The position numbers and the translations under genes are program-made. The notes under the pieces were generated by a model. That model searched no databases. It was not told where the DNA came from and was given only the letters and a program-made list of their open reading frames with translations. This document shows, in pieces, positions 49,158 to 63,086 of a stretch of 64,000 bases of DNA. Every line of letters starts with the position of its first letter. Within the stretch, counting starts at the first letter, position 1. This DNA comes from Torpedo marmorata (Eukaryota): positions 24,304,001-24,368,000 of the forward strand of contig OZ360229.1 of the NCBI GenBank assembly GCA_977017645.1, in the 5' to 3' direction.

Positions 49158-50005
49158 TGTTACAAACTCAAACCAGCAACGACAGAAGACACAATGCAAA
49201 AGGGGTAAAATTGAAATTTATATTTATTAAAGACAATTAAACATATAATTTCTTAACAATTAACCCCACTATAAACGTCTATACATACTATTCTTATCTA
49301 AAGAGAGTGTGTGTGTGTAAAGCCCAGACTATTACAGTCTGTGCCCAACCCTCATGTAAAAATGGAAAACCTTCCCCAAAACCCCCAGGTCAGTCATAAA
49401 AATAAGTCAGTCTCAAAAATACAGTCCACAGAAATCACTCTCTATGTTCAGGGTCCAAATTCAGCTCTGTGCGCTGGCACGAAGGACTTCTTAATGAACG
49501 TTGGAAAGAAAGACAATGACTGTTTAAGCTTACGAATGCTTGGCCTGCTTTTCTTCCCTGATGACTTTCCCTTTTGGTAGGTGCACGAGGATTGCGATTC
49601 CAAATCAGTTTTGATTGAGGCGTATACTTGGATCTCACAGCCTGTCTCGCTGATCTCACACCTGTTCTCCACGAAAGTTGCTTTATCTCAGGATTTTGCT
49701 GATACAGGAGGCCATGCGCTATTCTCCCAGCCTTTCTAGCTGGAATGCACAAGCCTGGATTTGGCTGTGTTGCTCCAGCCTCTTGCAACTCCAAAACTGA
49801 ATACTTTTTGCAGAGGTTTGCAACTGCTTTTGCAAAAATGCAACAAAGTATCTTTCCTCAGCCTGTCTCTCTCTGTCTCTCTCTGAGTACAGCCAGTCCT
49901 GGGCAAGTTAACTCTTTCAGTACCTGGTCCCAGTGTGTACTCCAAAAGACTTCATCCTTCCTGCTGACTGCCCGCAGTCCAAATGGTCAGTCATGTTCCA
50001 TAACA
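49158..50005 (-). mobile_element. Solo LTR (848 bp), probably Gypsy-type
   Basis: TGTTA...TAACA termini and a 4-bp TSD CTAT at 49154-49157 and 50006-50009. Homologous to 1-531. Confidence 0.8.
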
Positions 50006-50939
50006 CTATTTACAAGGACAGTTTCAAAGTGTCACCTTTCCACTTGAAGGGAATGTTCCTCCATGCACACCATCTTGCCCCACATGGAAAATGGCTCAAC
50101 ATCTGTGGAGCAGAAGGGAATGTCTTGTTTATAAGGAATTAGCAGGAGAGGTGTCTCTTTTCGCAATCAGAAGAGTTTGTATAATTTTTGCCCCTTTACC
50201 CCTCCTCCTTCCTCATGCACTTACATGGAACTTGTGAAGAGCAAACTGAAAATTGTTTGCTGTGTAAAGTGGGCAATGAATAAACAGGGGCTTGGATCAC
50301 ATTTCCAAACCCCAATTTCTTGTAGTCCAGGTGATGGCAGTTCATTTTCTGCATTAGTCTAAGTAATCAGCAGAGGTACTGGAATTAAAATGAGCGAGAG
50401 TGTCCTATTATTGTAGTGCTATGTTTCATAATTAGTGAGCATCTTGCATGAGATCATTAATTTTCATTAGGGTTGAACTTATTAAAACATCTCATCAGAT
50501 TTTGTTGGAAGTCTGTTTGATGGAAGAAATGGAGATAATTGGTTCAGATGTTAAAAGGGAGAGGGTGTGAGGAAGCATGACAAAGGGGAAAGAACCTGGC
50601 ATGTCTTCAGGGAGAGGGCAATGGGTTTTACTGTTTAAATCACTGCAGATTCCCATCTGACATCAGCCAGATTAATGGTCCGCTCAATTATCTTAACATC
50701 TTAAATTAGTGTAGAGCCTGCCCTTGACGACAGTCATTGTTAATGAGCAGAGGTAAACTCACTGTGCTGTGATTCTGCTCCAAGGAGGTGGGTAAGTATG
50801 GGAGGTATGGCAGGAAGGTGAATGGGATGGAGGAATGTAGGGCGTGTGAGGGATCAGTTGTGTAAATAGACACAATGGAGAAAGAGTGTGTGAAGGTCAG
50901 GGCTGCAACTGGGAGAGATTGAGGAAAGTGACAGATTAA

Positions 50940-51110
50940 TAGACAATAGACAATAGGAGCTGTAGTAGGCCCTTCGGCCCGTCGAGCCAACACCGCCATT
51001 TTACAGATCATGGCTGATCACTACTATCAGTACCCCTTACCAGCCTTATCCCCATAACCCTTAACTCCTCTGCCCACTGGAGTCTTATCTAACTCTCTTT
51101 TGAACATAAT
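50940..51110 (-). repeat. CR1-like 3' tail
   Basis: (TAGACAA)n tail and GTAGGCCCTTCGGCCC...GATCATGGCTGATC. Confidence 0.7.
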
Positions 51111-51541
51111 CAGCAAATCTCCCTCTGTGGTAGATTGGTGTGGATAAAGGAACACAAGGAATGTTATTTGGCAAAGTTGAGCTTGAGGCATTGGTTCCCT
51201 TGTAATGGGGAACCTTAAAAGTTGCAATTCAGAGAGAGGAGAACGAGAAGAATCAAGGTTGTGATTGGGGCTGTAAGTTCCTCCTGAGGCTTGGTGGAGA
51301 TACAGTTCTGCCCTCAATGTCAAGGTGTTTTAAAATAGGTAAAGTTGCAAAGCTAACATTGGCAGTTCAACAAATAAATTCTTGCTGCTCCCTAACACAG
51401 GCAGCTCCTACTTAATAGCAAAAATCATGGTTAGCTCATTGCATCGATGCCACAATTTATTTTAACCAGTTGTTTTAAGAATACATTCTTTGAATGAGGA
51501 ATGTAGTGTAAAAGCTTCAATTATTGCCCTGTGAACCAATA

Positions 51542-51906
51542 GCCCCTTTCACACTGGAACCATGTCCTAGTAATTGACGGCCAATTTACCGTTTAAGGGT
51601 CCAACGTGAAAGCGAATTAATCGGCACGCCGGCGTCAAATCACGCCGGAGATGGACGGCCTCGCCCCCTACTCTCATACCCGGCGTCATCTGACGCCTGC
51701 GTGCCGATTAGCCCAGTGTGAAAGGGACACTTACTATCCAGGGATTCCGGTAGAAGGTAGACTCTCATATCCCCGGGGATGCCTTGTGGTGAATGTGAAA
51801 GGACGCAGTGTCCGGGTTAACAGTGGCCCAGTGTGAATAGCAAAAACGGCTTCTTTAACCGGGACACTGAACGGCCAATTTACTGGTTAGCCAATGTGAA
51901 AGAGGC
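51542..51906. mobile_element. PIF/Harbinger-like MITE
   Basis: TIRs GCCCCTTTCACACTGG / CCAATGTGAAAGAGGC, repeated GTGTGAAA subterminal motifs, and flanks ATA/TTA. Confidence 0.65.
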
Positions 51907-54309
51907 TTATAGATGGTCCTTCCTGAACTGCTGCAGATCTTGTGGTGATTAAATCTCTTTTGAAGAGCCTTGTTCACTGGTAAATAAATGTCAAATTTCT
52001 TTCTTAACTTCCTGCATTTCCTTTTTAGTTCCCTGACAAATCCCATGGGACTGTGATTTGCTGCAAATGGTTTCATCAAATGTGTATGGAAGGTGTTGCA
52101 TTTCTTGAAACTTCTGACATTATCATGTCTGCAGCTTATCCCACTCCATGTACATTTACATAAAACTGTTTACTTTCAGCATTCTGGATCTCTCGTCACT
52201 TGTTTCTGTGCTGCAGACTGTGTGTATTTCCATGCATTTACTTGTAGTTGGTGGCATCCCTTGCACACCCGTTTGTCCATGAGGGATATGGATCACGTAC
52301 TGGCAGAAGAGATTTGGTTAAATGTGGCATTCTGTTTGGTGCAGATATCATGGGTCAAAGGGCCTGTTCCTGCGCTGTGCTTTATTGCCTGTTCACATTG
52401 CTGCATAATATTGTTGCCTTTAATTCACTGAAGGTCAATAGATTCCAGCTTACTCAATGTCCCCTTGTTTCCCTGCAGTGCTCCAGAATGCACAGCCTCC
52501 TAAAACACCGCAGAACGGGCTTGTACAAGTTCGGAGAAAGATCATGTAGCTTAACAATTTACAATTCTTTCCCAGCAACTGGCATGTTCCCCAGATGCCC
52601 AATCCACACAGTTCTTTTGTTGATATGCCTGTTTTCAATTTCCTGAATCCCTTGTCCTTCCTGTGCCTATTAACTCCTCCAGTCCCACAATACTCTCAGG
52701 TTTCCTCTCTCCAATTCTGGCCTCTTGCATGTACCTGTCTTTCTTAATTCCATCTTTGCTGGCCATGCCTCCAGCATGAGCTCCAATATCTGCAAGTCCC
52801 TTCCTAAACCTCCCTGCCTCTTCACAATTCTCTCATTGCTTCTTTAAGGTGTTCTTTGACCGAGGTCTTCGTTGTCTTGGTGCTTGTTGATTGGCATAAG
52901 ATGAAGATCACTTGAGTGCAGAAGGCCTTTGCCGTCCTTGAGGCCGTGGTTTTGGTACCAATTTTGGTAGCTGAGGAAGAATTGTGAAACAAATGTGCAT
53001 CTTCAAACAGCTGGCCCAAGTATGGTTAATGGAGGTGAAGCTAAAAAGCAAACATTTCACCTTTAAGTTATTCCTGCTGTACACAGCACCCACAAGTCCA
53101 CCAGTCTAGTTTCCAGCTGGGAGTTATTAATTTACGATGAATTTCACAGTCACAATCCAGCAATTAATTGCACTGCAAAAGAGTCATTTGACAGATTTTA
53201 ATCACTGGTACCCTGGATGCTGTTAATTCCATAGGTAATTACATCTTTTCTTGTTGCAGCTAACACTGTAACTTTGTCAATAACTGCAAAGCCGTAGAAT
53301 TAAGAAGAGTAGTATATCAGATTAATAGCATGGATAGCTGCCAGCTCTGCCTAATATCCAATTTTCCCTTCTCATTTTCAAGCATCAGTCATAACAAGAC
53401 GTTTGACATTAATTAAAAGTTAGGCAAGGCTGGTTGCGATCGTCAGCTGTGAGAGTATAAAGTTGTCAGTCTTGACAATTGTCCATATTTGACGACCTTT
53501 ATCTGCAATGTTTATGAATTAGTAACAGTGACACCTAATCGCAGTGAATTTCAGAGTAACAAGACAGTGCATTTCATCAGCAGACTCCTGTGGGAAAGCC
53601 ACACAGAAACAAAAGGGCTCAGGAAGAGGCCATCTGCTCATCAGGCAGTTGTCTGAAGCTGCTTGCCAGCAGTTACTCTTGTAAACACATTCATTGCAAC
53701 ATTGGTATCTTTAAGCATCTTGCTGGCTTATTGCAGTTTGTTGCCAGCCTTAATGTTGGTGAGCTTGTGTTCCAAGATCTTGACCCCCTCTTCCATTTAT
53801 CTTCATACTTGGGAGAAGGCAATAGGCCAGATCTTATTGGAGCCAAGTTATCTTGTGGCTTGTGCATGTAGAGATTTTCTTTCTTTCTGCGTTGTTGAGT
53901 CAAATTCAGGGGAGAGAGACCTGAAAGCACCTTGGACTTTTGTGGATAGCTCGAGAACGGTCTATCTCCTTAAGCAGTGAGACATGAGGACTGAGGAAAA
54001 GGAAACCTCCGATGGAATAGAGTAACTTAGAGTTGCAGCGTGACAGATAGGATGCCTTAAAAGAGAAGAGAGAGTCGAATTAAATTTATTCCTGAGCTGA
54101 ATCCATGGTCACCACTCATGGAAGGAAAGAGGTTAAAGAAGCCTGTCGGGTCCAAAGTGAAAGAACTCTAATATCTCAGAAGGCCATGGTGCAATCCTTT
54201 TCAGAGAGATGGGGAGGATTGACATTAAGGAGGCTTGCTTTGAATCTTAAGTTAATGGTTAATGGATCAATTTTAATCATTCAAAAAATATCTTGCAGTT
54301 TAAATAATT

Positions 54310-54475
54310 CTGTAAGGAGTTTGTACGTTCTCCCCGTGTCTGCGTGGGTTTCCCCCGGGGGCTCCGGTTTCCTCCCACCGTTCAAATCTGGGGGTTGTAG
54401 GTCAATTGGGTGTAATTGGGCGGCACGGGCTCGTGGGCTGGAAGGGCCTGTTACCGTGCTCTATGTCTAAACTGA
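54310..54475 (+). mobile_element. V-SINE-like SINE, 5'-truncated
   Basis: GGAGTTTGTACGTTCTCCCCGTGTCTGCGTGGGTTTC core. Confidence 0.75.
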
Positions 54476-55029
54476 ATTTAAAAAAAATAATTTAATTTTA
54501 ATTTAAAAATCGAAATGTAATTTTTCTCTTTGTGCTATCCACTTGGTCTGATTTCATTTTGTGCTTGTTGAGATGATGAGGGGTTTGGTCTGAGGACTGG
54601 AATTCATATCCCCTTTATGATATCAGGTGATTTCATGCTTACTGATCTAATTACAAGAACTAACTTCTCGTCATAGATTCTCTTGTGTAGTTGCTGCATG
54701 GATTTATTCCATTAATGTTTCTTGCCTCTTGTACCTGAAACCCTTGCCCATTATTCCATTTAATTACTTGTTATTTTACGGAGTAGCCATTTCAGATTTC
54801 ATATTTATTGTCAGAGTACATACATGGCATCATATAAAACCCTGAGATTCTTTTTCCAGCGGGCGAGGCAGAATTACCACTTATTGGCAGTGCAAAAAAA
54901 AACGGACTCAACGTACACATGTAAACAAATAAAGAAATGTAAACAAACTTTGCAATACAGAGTCAGTTTGTTTACATTTCTTGATTTGTTTACAATTGGA
55001 TACAAAATTGGCTTGGTAGTAGGATTCGG

Positions 55030-56830
55030 AGGGTGATGGTGGAGGGTTGTTTCACAGACTGGAGGCCTGTGACAACATTAATAAGTGCTTGGTCCACAAT
55101 TGTGTATCTTTTATATGAATAATCTGGAAGAGAATGTAGATGGCATGGTGAATAAATTTGCCAATGACACTAACATTGGTGGCACAGTGGACAATGAGGA
55201 AGGTTATCCAATATTTTTTTTTATTTTTATTTTTTAAAAAATATTTTATTTAAAAATTTTAAATCACAAAATACATAAAATAATATATAAAATTATCAAA
55301 ATACATGTGATACATTTTCACCCCCCTCCCTCCCTCCCCTCCCTAACCCTCCTGCCCCTACTAATTACTAAAATAAAAAAGAAAAGAAAGAAAGAAAGAA
55401 AAAGATAGAGTAAGGAGAATGTCAATCTAAAAAAGAACAACTATAAGCTGATTTTATTGTGGAAGATAGGTTTGCCAGTCAGATCTGATATCCAGAGATC
55501 TTCAGATCCTTAAACCAACAGTTTTTATATATGGGCTCCATATTTTCAAAAAGAAATGATATTTATTACGTAAATTATAAGTAATTTTTTCAAGTGGTAT
55601 ACATGAACGAAGTTCTGCATGCCATCTTTCTAACCCTAAATCTACATCAGATTTCCAAGTAATAGCAATGCATTTCTAAGAAACAGCTAAAGCAATTCGC
55701 AAAAATTCTATTTGATACATATTTAATTTCATCTTAATACTAATTCTTTTAATATCTCCAAACAAAAATATCATAGGGTCCATTGGAAGTGTAATACTCA
55801 ATACTTTATCTAACATTTTTTTAACTTTCAACCAAAAATCATATATCTTTGGACAAAACCATGTAGAATGTACAAAAGAACCTTCCTCTCTATTACATCT
55901 AAAACATAAACCTGATAATGTCGAATTAAATTTCTTTAATTTTTTAGGTGTTAAATATAATTGATGAAAGAAATTATATTGTACTAATCTATATCTAACG
56001 TTATAATAATCTTCATCATACTTAGTTTACATAATTCTTTCCAATGTTTCCAAGGTTATCCAATATTACCAAATCTTGATCAACTGAGTCAGTGGGCCAA
56101 GGAATGGTCGAGGTTGGAGTTTAATTTGGATAAGTGTGTGGTGTCAGTTAAATTGTGAATAGTACATCCCTGGATGGAGCAGAAATGACCAGGAGTACAT
56201 TCCCTGAAAGTGGCGACATGGGTAGACAGCGTGGTGAAGATATTTGGCACACTTGCCTTCATCGCTCAGGGTATTGAGTATAGGAGTTGGGATGTACATG
56301 TTATAGCTGTACTAGATGTTGGGAGGCCACATTTGGAATACTGAGAGCAGTTCTGGTTGTTGAACTGGAAGGGGTGGAAAAAGGATTTTTTTTTTAGTTA
56401 ATTACAGGGACTGGTGGGATTGAGTTGTAAAGAAGGTCTGGAGATGCTAGGACATTTTCTCTGGAGCATAATAAGCTTGTAGGAATGTGCAAAATCATGA
56501 GGGACATAGATGAGGTGAATAGTTGGTCTTTTCTCCAGAGTAGGAGAGTCAAAAGCAAGAGTGAATCAGTTTGAGGTGAAGGAAGAAGGTTTTAAAAGGG
56601 ACCTGAGGAGCAACCTTTTCAAAGACAGTGGTTGTAATATTGGACAAACTCCCCGAGGAAGTCATTAAGACTGGTACAAATATGACATCTAAGAGAACTT
56701 TGGATAGGTGAAGGTTTACAAGGATATGGGCGAAATACAGGCAAATAGGATTAGTTTAGATGGGCAAAGGTTGGCTTGGATGAGTTCGGGCGGAGGGCCT
56801 GTTTCTGTACTCTATAGCTCCGATTCTAAT
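55030..56830 (+). mobile_element. Old CR1-like LINE interrupted by an L1
   Basis: AAATTTGCCAATGACAC (degenerate FADD), a GGCCACATTTGGAATACTG RPHLEY-like motif and a CR1 3' stem-loop near 56790. Confidence 0.65.
55216..56051 (-). mobile_element. 5'-truncated L1, same family as 17865-20377
   Basis: Homologous to 17865-18690. 16-bp TSD AAGGTTATCCAATATT at 55200-55215 and 56052-56067. Confidence 0.9.
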
Positions 56831-57204
56831 TGTCCTTTAATCCTTTGATCTGCATCTGCTCTATTTTTAAATCACATCAAAAGGCTGGAAACAAGCAGGT
56901 CAAGCAGTAACTGCGGAGAGAGAAAAAGAGTTAATGTTCCATTGGAACTGTAATTGCCTACGATGAGTCGGTGTGTAATAGATTGTTCACCAAATCTGTC
57001 GTTCAATGCAGAAGCAGGACCTTCAGCCCATTATATCCATGCCAACTATCTGCACTAATCCCATTAATCAGCACCAGGTCCATAGCCCTCCACATCTCAC
57101 TGCGTTCCAAGTAGAGCAGGATGGGGAAATTACCAATGGTTAGATATCTAACCATTGTCCAAGCTTTGAAGAAGATCTAATGGCTTCTTATGCTACAGTA
57201 AATA

Positions 57205-57419
57205 CAGTAAAACCCACGGTATCCAGCACCTATGGGGATTGGTAGATGCTGGATAAGTGAATATGCTGGTTGCTTGATGTTGCATGATTGGTGAACTAAC
57301 CGCTAGGAGGTGCCAATTTTAAACTTTCGTATTTTTTACCTATTTATTTTCCACAATTCTTTTTGCCGGTTGTTTGAGGCTACCGCTTGCTTGAATTCTG
57401 GATAATAGAAATTTTACTG
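57205..57419. mobile_element. Tigger/pogo-like MITE
   Basis: TA-CAGTAAAACCCACGGTATC...ATTTTACTG; homologous to 1463-1682. Confidence 0.7.
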
Positions 57420-57604
57420 AACATTGATTCTGGGGTTTAATCCCACATTAACGGAATGTATTTTCTATTTTTGGAATATATTTAGTAGTCATAACTCAGT
57501 ATGAGGGTAGTAGAGTAACTTTGTCTTTTTTAGCCATGGAGAGTAATTAGACACTTCAACAGGGGTGAAGACTGTAGAGAATATGCAGCTCAAAGCTAGC
57601 AACA

Positions 57605-58575
57605 CTGTCCCCTTTCTCGATCTCGCTGACTCCATTTGTAAGACAAACTCTCGACAGACATCTTCCACAAAGCCTTCCGCAGGGACCACTCCCTCCATGA
57701 CTCGCTCATCCACTCCTCCCTTCCTAACACTCGCCCCCTTGGCACCTACCCCTGTGACCGTAGAAGGTGTGCCACTTGCGCCCACACCTCCTCCCTCACC
57801 ACCATTCAGGGCTCCAAACAGACCTTCCAAGTGAAGCAACACCACATGAATCTGCAGGGGTCATCTACTGCATCCGGTGCACCCGTTCTGGTCTCCTCTA
57901 CATCTGAGAGACTGGAAGCAGACGGAGATCACTTCGTTGAGCACCTCGGCTCTGTCCGCCACAACAGTAGGGATCTCCCAGTGGCCACCCATTTCATTTC
58001 CCCATCCCATTCCCTTGCTGACATGTCTGCCCATGGTCTCATGCACTGCCAGACTTGGACCACCCGCAAATTGGAGGAACAACACTTCCTATTCCATCTG
58101 AACACCCTCCAACCGAATGGCATTAACATTGACTTCGATTTCCGTTAGCCCCCCTCTCTCCCCTCTCCCCCNNNNNNNNNNNNNNNNNNNNNNNNNNNNN
58201 NNNNNNNNNNNNNNNNNNNNNNNNNNNNNNNNNNNNNNNNNNNNNNNNNNNNNNNNNNNNNNNNNNNNNNNNNNNNNNNNNNNNNNNNNNNNNNNNNNNN
58301 NNNNNGCTCTGCTTCTACAGAACCCCAAACTTCCCCCTTCCCCAGTCAATTCTCACCTGTGTCCCATCCATATCCAATTAACACCTTTTGTCTGTTGGTC
58401 TGGACTACTCCCCCGCTGATTCTTCCCTCCCCAGCTTTTTAATTCAAGCGCCTGCCTGCTTTTTATTCGCACCTCGAAGAAGGGCTCAGGCCCAAAATGT
58501 CGGTGACAGTATATATCTTTACCTCCTATGGGCGCTGCGAGACCTGCTGATTTCCTCCAGCATTTCTGTGTTTTA
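57605..58575 (+). mobile_element. Penelope-like element fragment with a decayed GIY-YIG endonuclease end
   Basis: GDHFVEHLGSVRHNSRDLPVATHF...RKLEEQHFLFHLNTLQPNGINIDF followed by the tail motif. Confidence 0.8.
58172..58305. other. Assembly gap (134 N)
   Basis: Run of N within the CT-rich tract of the Penelope-like tail. Confidence 1.
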
Positions 58576-59437
58576 GATCAAAGCCATTGACTTGGTAAAT
58601 ATTTAGTGCAGTAAGAAAGACAAGCTGACAATGTTGTTAATTGCTTCATGTTTGTGAATACTACATGCAGAGAACAGGAAGGTGCAAAATCTATTGATCT
58701 ACCTCTCGTTTTCCCTGAGTGGCCGCCATCCTTGTGTTGCAATATTCATGGCAGAAACATGTAAACTTTCTAAATACACAGATTTTCTTTTCTATGTTCC
58801 TTCTTCCTCATAAGGATCTTTTCTCTATGTCAGGTGAATCTAGTTTCCTTCACTACCTGCACAAGTAAAGGTCAACCTTCTCAGTTGAGTCAGCATGTAA
58901 TGGAGACACAATGGTTATGGGTTCAAGCCCTAATCAAGGGTGCAGTACTGGAGGAAGGACATCTTTCATACAAGGTGTTAGGTGGAGATACCATTGTGCC
59001 CTGGAGTAGAAATAAATGGCATTACAATATTAAAAAGCAGGGGAGTTCACCCAAATATCTAGGTCAATATTCATATAAAATGGCTATATAAATGCAAGGC
59101 TGTTGATTTGTTTGTTATTTATCTCCAAATAGTTGCTCTTCAAGTGAGAGTGTGGACATCAAAGGCCATCACTGTAGAAGCCTTGTATTTAAGTTTGATC
59201 CTGTTTACAACCAACCATGCAACCAGTGACAAACAAGTACTTCCTCTGCAGTGAATTTACAGGGTGAGCTTTTGGGGAAAAATAAGGATGATTTTAATTA
59301 TCATTATGGGCTATTCAGAACTGCTGCAGCCCTAATTCAGGATGGAAAATTGCAAGTATATTGCTGCGATCTACTGCATTTTTAGAAGTGCCAAAGTCAT
59401 CACTGATTCTCTTTCCCCCTCAGTGTAGGGTCCACAA

Positions 59438-59679
59438 TTAAATTTTTAAATTTAGACATACAGCACGGTACTAGGCCCTTCTGGCCCATGAGCCCGTGCC
59501 GCCCAATTACACCCAATTAACTTACAACCTCCGTACGTTTTGAAGGGTGGGAGGAAACCGGAGCACCCAGAGGAAACCCACGCAGACATGGGGAGAACGT
59601 ATAAACTCCTTACAGACAGCGCCAGATTTTAACCCGGGTCGCTGGCGCTGTAATAGTGTTGTGCTGACCATGTTGCCCC
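59438..59679 (-). mobile_element. V-SINE-like SINE
   Basis: Reverse complement of the 35361 copy. Confidence 0.8.
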
Positions 59680-62028
59680 AATGTGGTTGAATTGTGCTTA
59701 AACGCAGAAGAATTTTATCATGGCAGAATTGAGGCTGTTTTCAATGTGCTGCCATATGCCAGGAAATCAGATTGGCACAGTTGGAAGCTTTGATTGCCAG
59801 TAAATGTCAGATTTAAAAGCAAAAAATGCCATCTGTTTCAAGCTTGCAGCCCACCCAAGACATGCCAGTCCCATTGCCTGAGCTGTAACCCTGGGGTCCA
59901 CACTTTGAAGCCTGGCATGGTATGCATCCATTCAAAGCTGTGGGAGGCTAACAGCATGAGCTGTGGAGGTCATCGTAACTTGATCAGCCACTAATTGCTG
60001 ATTTTACATCTCTAGTTCTCATAATACTGCAATAATTTGTATTTGCATTATACCTTCAATAGAGGAATATGTTCCTGAGTTCTTCACAGATATGTAATCA
60101 GATAAAAGTTGACACCAAGCCAAAGAGGATAATCCCCTCCCCCATATACTGAGCCTTCTGCTCAGTGGACCCCAAAGTCCATACCCCTAAACCACACAGT
60201 TCATCTAGCTCCTTGTATCCTGACAATTGCTCCCCATACAATGGCCCCATTTACATTTTCTCCAGCTGCCCTCATTTCTCAAGTATACCACCTCCAGATC
60301 CAATACTCCGGGTATAGTTCCTCCAGATCCATTCACCTCAGCCAAGACCTATCATGACCCTTACTACAGTTTCTCCAGATCTCAAAGACATGCAGGTTGA
60401 TAGCTTAATTGGTCACTGTAAGTTGTCCCAGGTTTGTAGGTGAGTGGTAGAATCTAAGGGCAGTTGATGAGATGTGGGGCAAATAAAATGGGAGACATGT
60501 AGGACTTCTTTAAATAGGTTGGTTATGGTTGGCAGAGACTTGATTGGCCGAAGGGCTTGTTTCCATCTATATGACTCTGTTTGGTTCTTCCAGGTTCTTG
60601 CACCCTGTCTGACCCTTCCACATCCATTCACACCATCTCTCGTGTCCTCCTTGTGTCTGTAAACACTTTGGCTGCATTCAGCAACATTTGTACTTGCTAG
60701 AAAGATTGGAGTATAATGAGGAAAGGCAATGCAGGCCATGTGATATAGTGAAACAACTGTACTTGAGGGGCTCACAAAGCTGTGGAAAATGAGATATATC
60801 GTGCTGCAGTGGATAGACTGAAGAGCAGTCTGCAGAGCCCGATGCATAGAACTGTTCGAGAATGCAGTCTTTTCCTGCGTTTAAACTTTGTATTTTTTTC
60901 TTGGTCATGTACATCCTTTATTTCAAAAAAATGTACAAGAAATACAATACAATTGGTACATACCTCCCGTGACATCAATTGTGTCATCAAATTATGACAT
61001 TGCATGGCCCTTCATTCTACATTAGATCACCTGGACCACAAGACCACCTCTGTCAGGCTGTTGTTCATTGTGATTAATGTCATTAAACCATCAAAATTAA
61101 TCATCAAAGTCTGGCATTGAGACTCTGTTCCTTCCCTTGCAGCTGGATCCTCAACTATGGACCTCGATCCAAAGATGTGCTAACAATTAGAGGCACCATC
61201 TTTCAAATGAAATGTTAAGTCACTGCCCTAAATCTCATATTGATGTTTTCTGCATATCTCGCAATACTTTCGATTAGCAAAAGTCTCTCGGTCTTGGATT
61301 TAAATGTAACAGTTGACCTTGTATTCACTTGCGATTTCCAGGAACCATTCCCAGTTCCTTGTACAGGCTACAGGTTTCTTGCACTGTTCCCACTGACAGT
61401 CGAGCATGTTTGCCTTGTGGATATAAATGGCTGATACTGATATCCTGCATGTCATTTGCATGTAATTATCCACCACTCAGAGCATCTTCTGGATAAATGA
61501 TTTTGCTTTTATTAGAAGTTGTTGTAATTTCTGCCATAAGTTCTGCAATTATTCTTTAAATACAATGTTTTCTGTGTAAGATGGCTTTACTTCACAATTG
61601 AACTTTTGTTCTGAGCTCCGATTATATGGCCCACTCTGCCTCTAACCCACTGGCTGACAGTGTTGTCAATATATTTAAGTGCATCCTCCTGAAAATCTAT
61701 CAATCTATTTAAAATCAATAGTATTATATCCCATGTTCCTTTCTATCTAACCTCTCAGTTCCCCTCAGTGTTTTGAAAACTTCAGTAAAATCTCTGCTTA
61801 ACCTCTGATTTCATGAATGTAAATCCTTTTTGTGCACTCTCTCACTTATACGTTTTTCTGTGAATCTACCTCCCAGGACCATTAGATTCTTTACAAGTCT
61901 GCAGTGCCCAGAATTGTTCACAGTATCTTAATAAAAGTATCTCAAATTGTGAGAACCATAGATGGTCTTTTTTTCCCAAGGGTGAAAATGTCACACACTA
62001 AAGAAAATAGGTTTAAGATGAGAGGGGG

Positions 62029-62614
62029 TAGCCTCTGTCCGACATTGTAATACGGGCTTTATAACATTCTTTCTCTCTTTTTTCTTTATCTTAGCCAGTT
62101 TCAGACGCGCATGGATTAGGGTTTAGATTTTCTCCCTTTTCTGTTAGTTAGTTGTAGTTTAGATTCCTTTTTTCTTTTTTCTTTTCCTTTCTTTTTCCCT
62201 TGCTTTTATGTTTTGGGGGTACGTCAGTTTTTATGTGGCCATTCCTTGATTGCTCTTTCCTTGTATTATTACTTCTGAGAGGGGACTTAATGACATTTGT
62301 AATTATAATTTTCTTTATTATTATCCTTGTATTGTATGTATTGTATACTCTTGCACTGATTGCCTCTGTATTGTTTGGCCTTATTTGTTTTAAAAATCAA
62401 TAAATAAAATTAAAAAGAAAGATTAGTATAGGGGGTTTTACAATAATGTGAATTTTTTTCTTTTTTTTCTTTGATTGAGTATGGGGAGATGAAGATACTA
62501 TTATTATGTACTGATTGTTGTATATTGTAATCTTTTCAATCATGTATCCTTTTTCTCTCCGTCCATTGTTTATTGTATGTTTTATATTAAAATCAATAAA
62601 AAGATTGAAAAAGA
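62029..62614 (+). mobile_element. Two tandem L1-like 3' UTR ends inserted in an old CR1
   Basis: Two TCAATAAA..A-rich ends (about 62397-62420 and 62593-62614). Flanked by AAGATGAGAGGGGG / AAGATGAGACGGGG. Confidence 0.55.
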
Positions 62615-62831
62615 AAGATGAGACGGGGAAAGTTTTTGAAGGAGATTTATGAGGAGGAGAGTTTTTTTTTAGAGTGATAGGTGCTTGGAATGTGCTGCTG
62701 GCTGCGGTGGTGAAAGCAGATATGATGGGAACGTATAAAAGGCATTTAGACAGGCACGTGAACAGGCAGAGAATGGAGGGATATAGACCATGCTCTGTCA
62801 GAAGCGATCAGTTTCAACTAGCATCATGGTT

Positions 62832-63086
62832 TTTTTGGTTTTTTTTATACATATTGTATTTAAAATTTTTAAATCACAAAATACATAAGGTAAAATATAA
62901 AATTATCAAAATACATCTGATACATTTTCACCCTCCCTCCCTCCCGAACCCTCCCACCCCTTCTAATCTACTAAAATAAAAAGAAAGAAAGAAAAAAAGA
63001 GAAAGAAAGAAAAAGATAGAATAAGGAAAATGTCAATCTAAAAAAATACATCTATAACTAATTTTATTATGGAGGATAGGTTCGCT
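62832..63086 (-). mobile_element. L1 3' UTR fragment
   Basis: Same 3' end as the copies at 17865 and 55216. TSD ACTAGCATCATGGTT / ACTGGCATCATGGTT. Confidence 0.85.

Noticed and set aside
53640-53830. Coding-like fragment MEEGVKILEHKLTNIKAGNKLQ on the minus strand
   Set aside because: It is short, stop-terminated and has no identifiable homologue.
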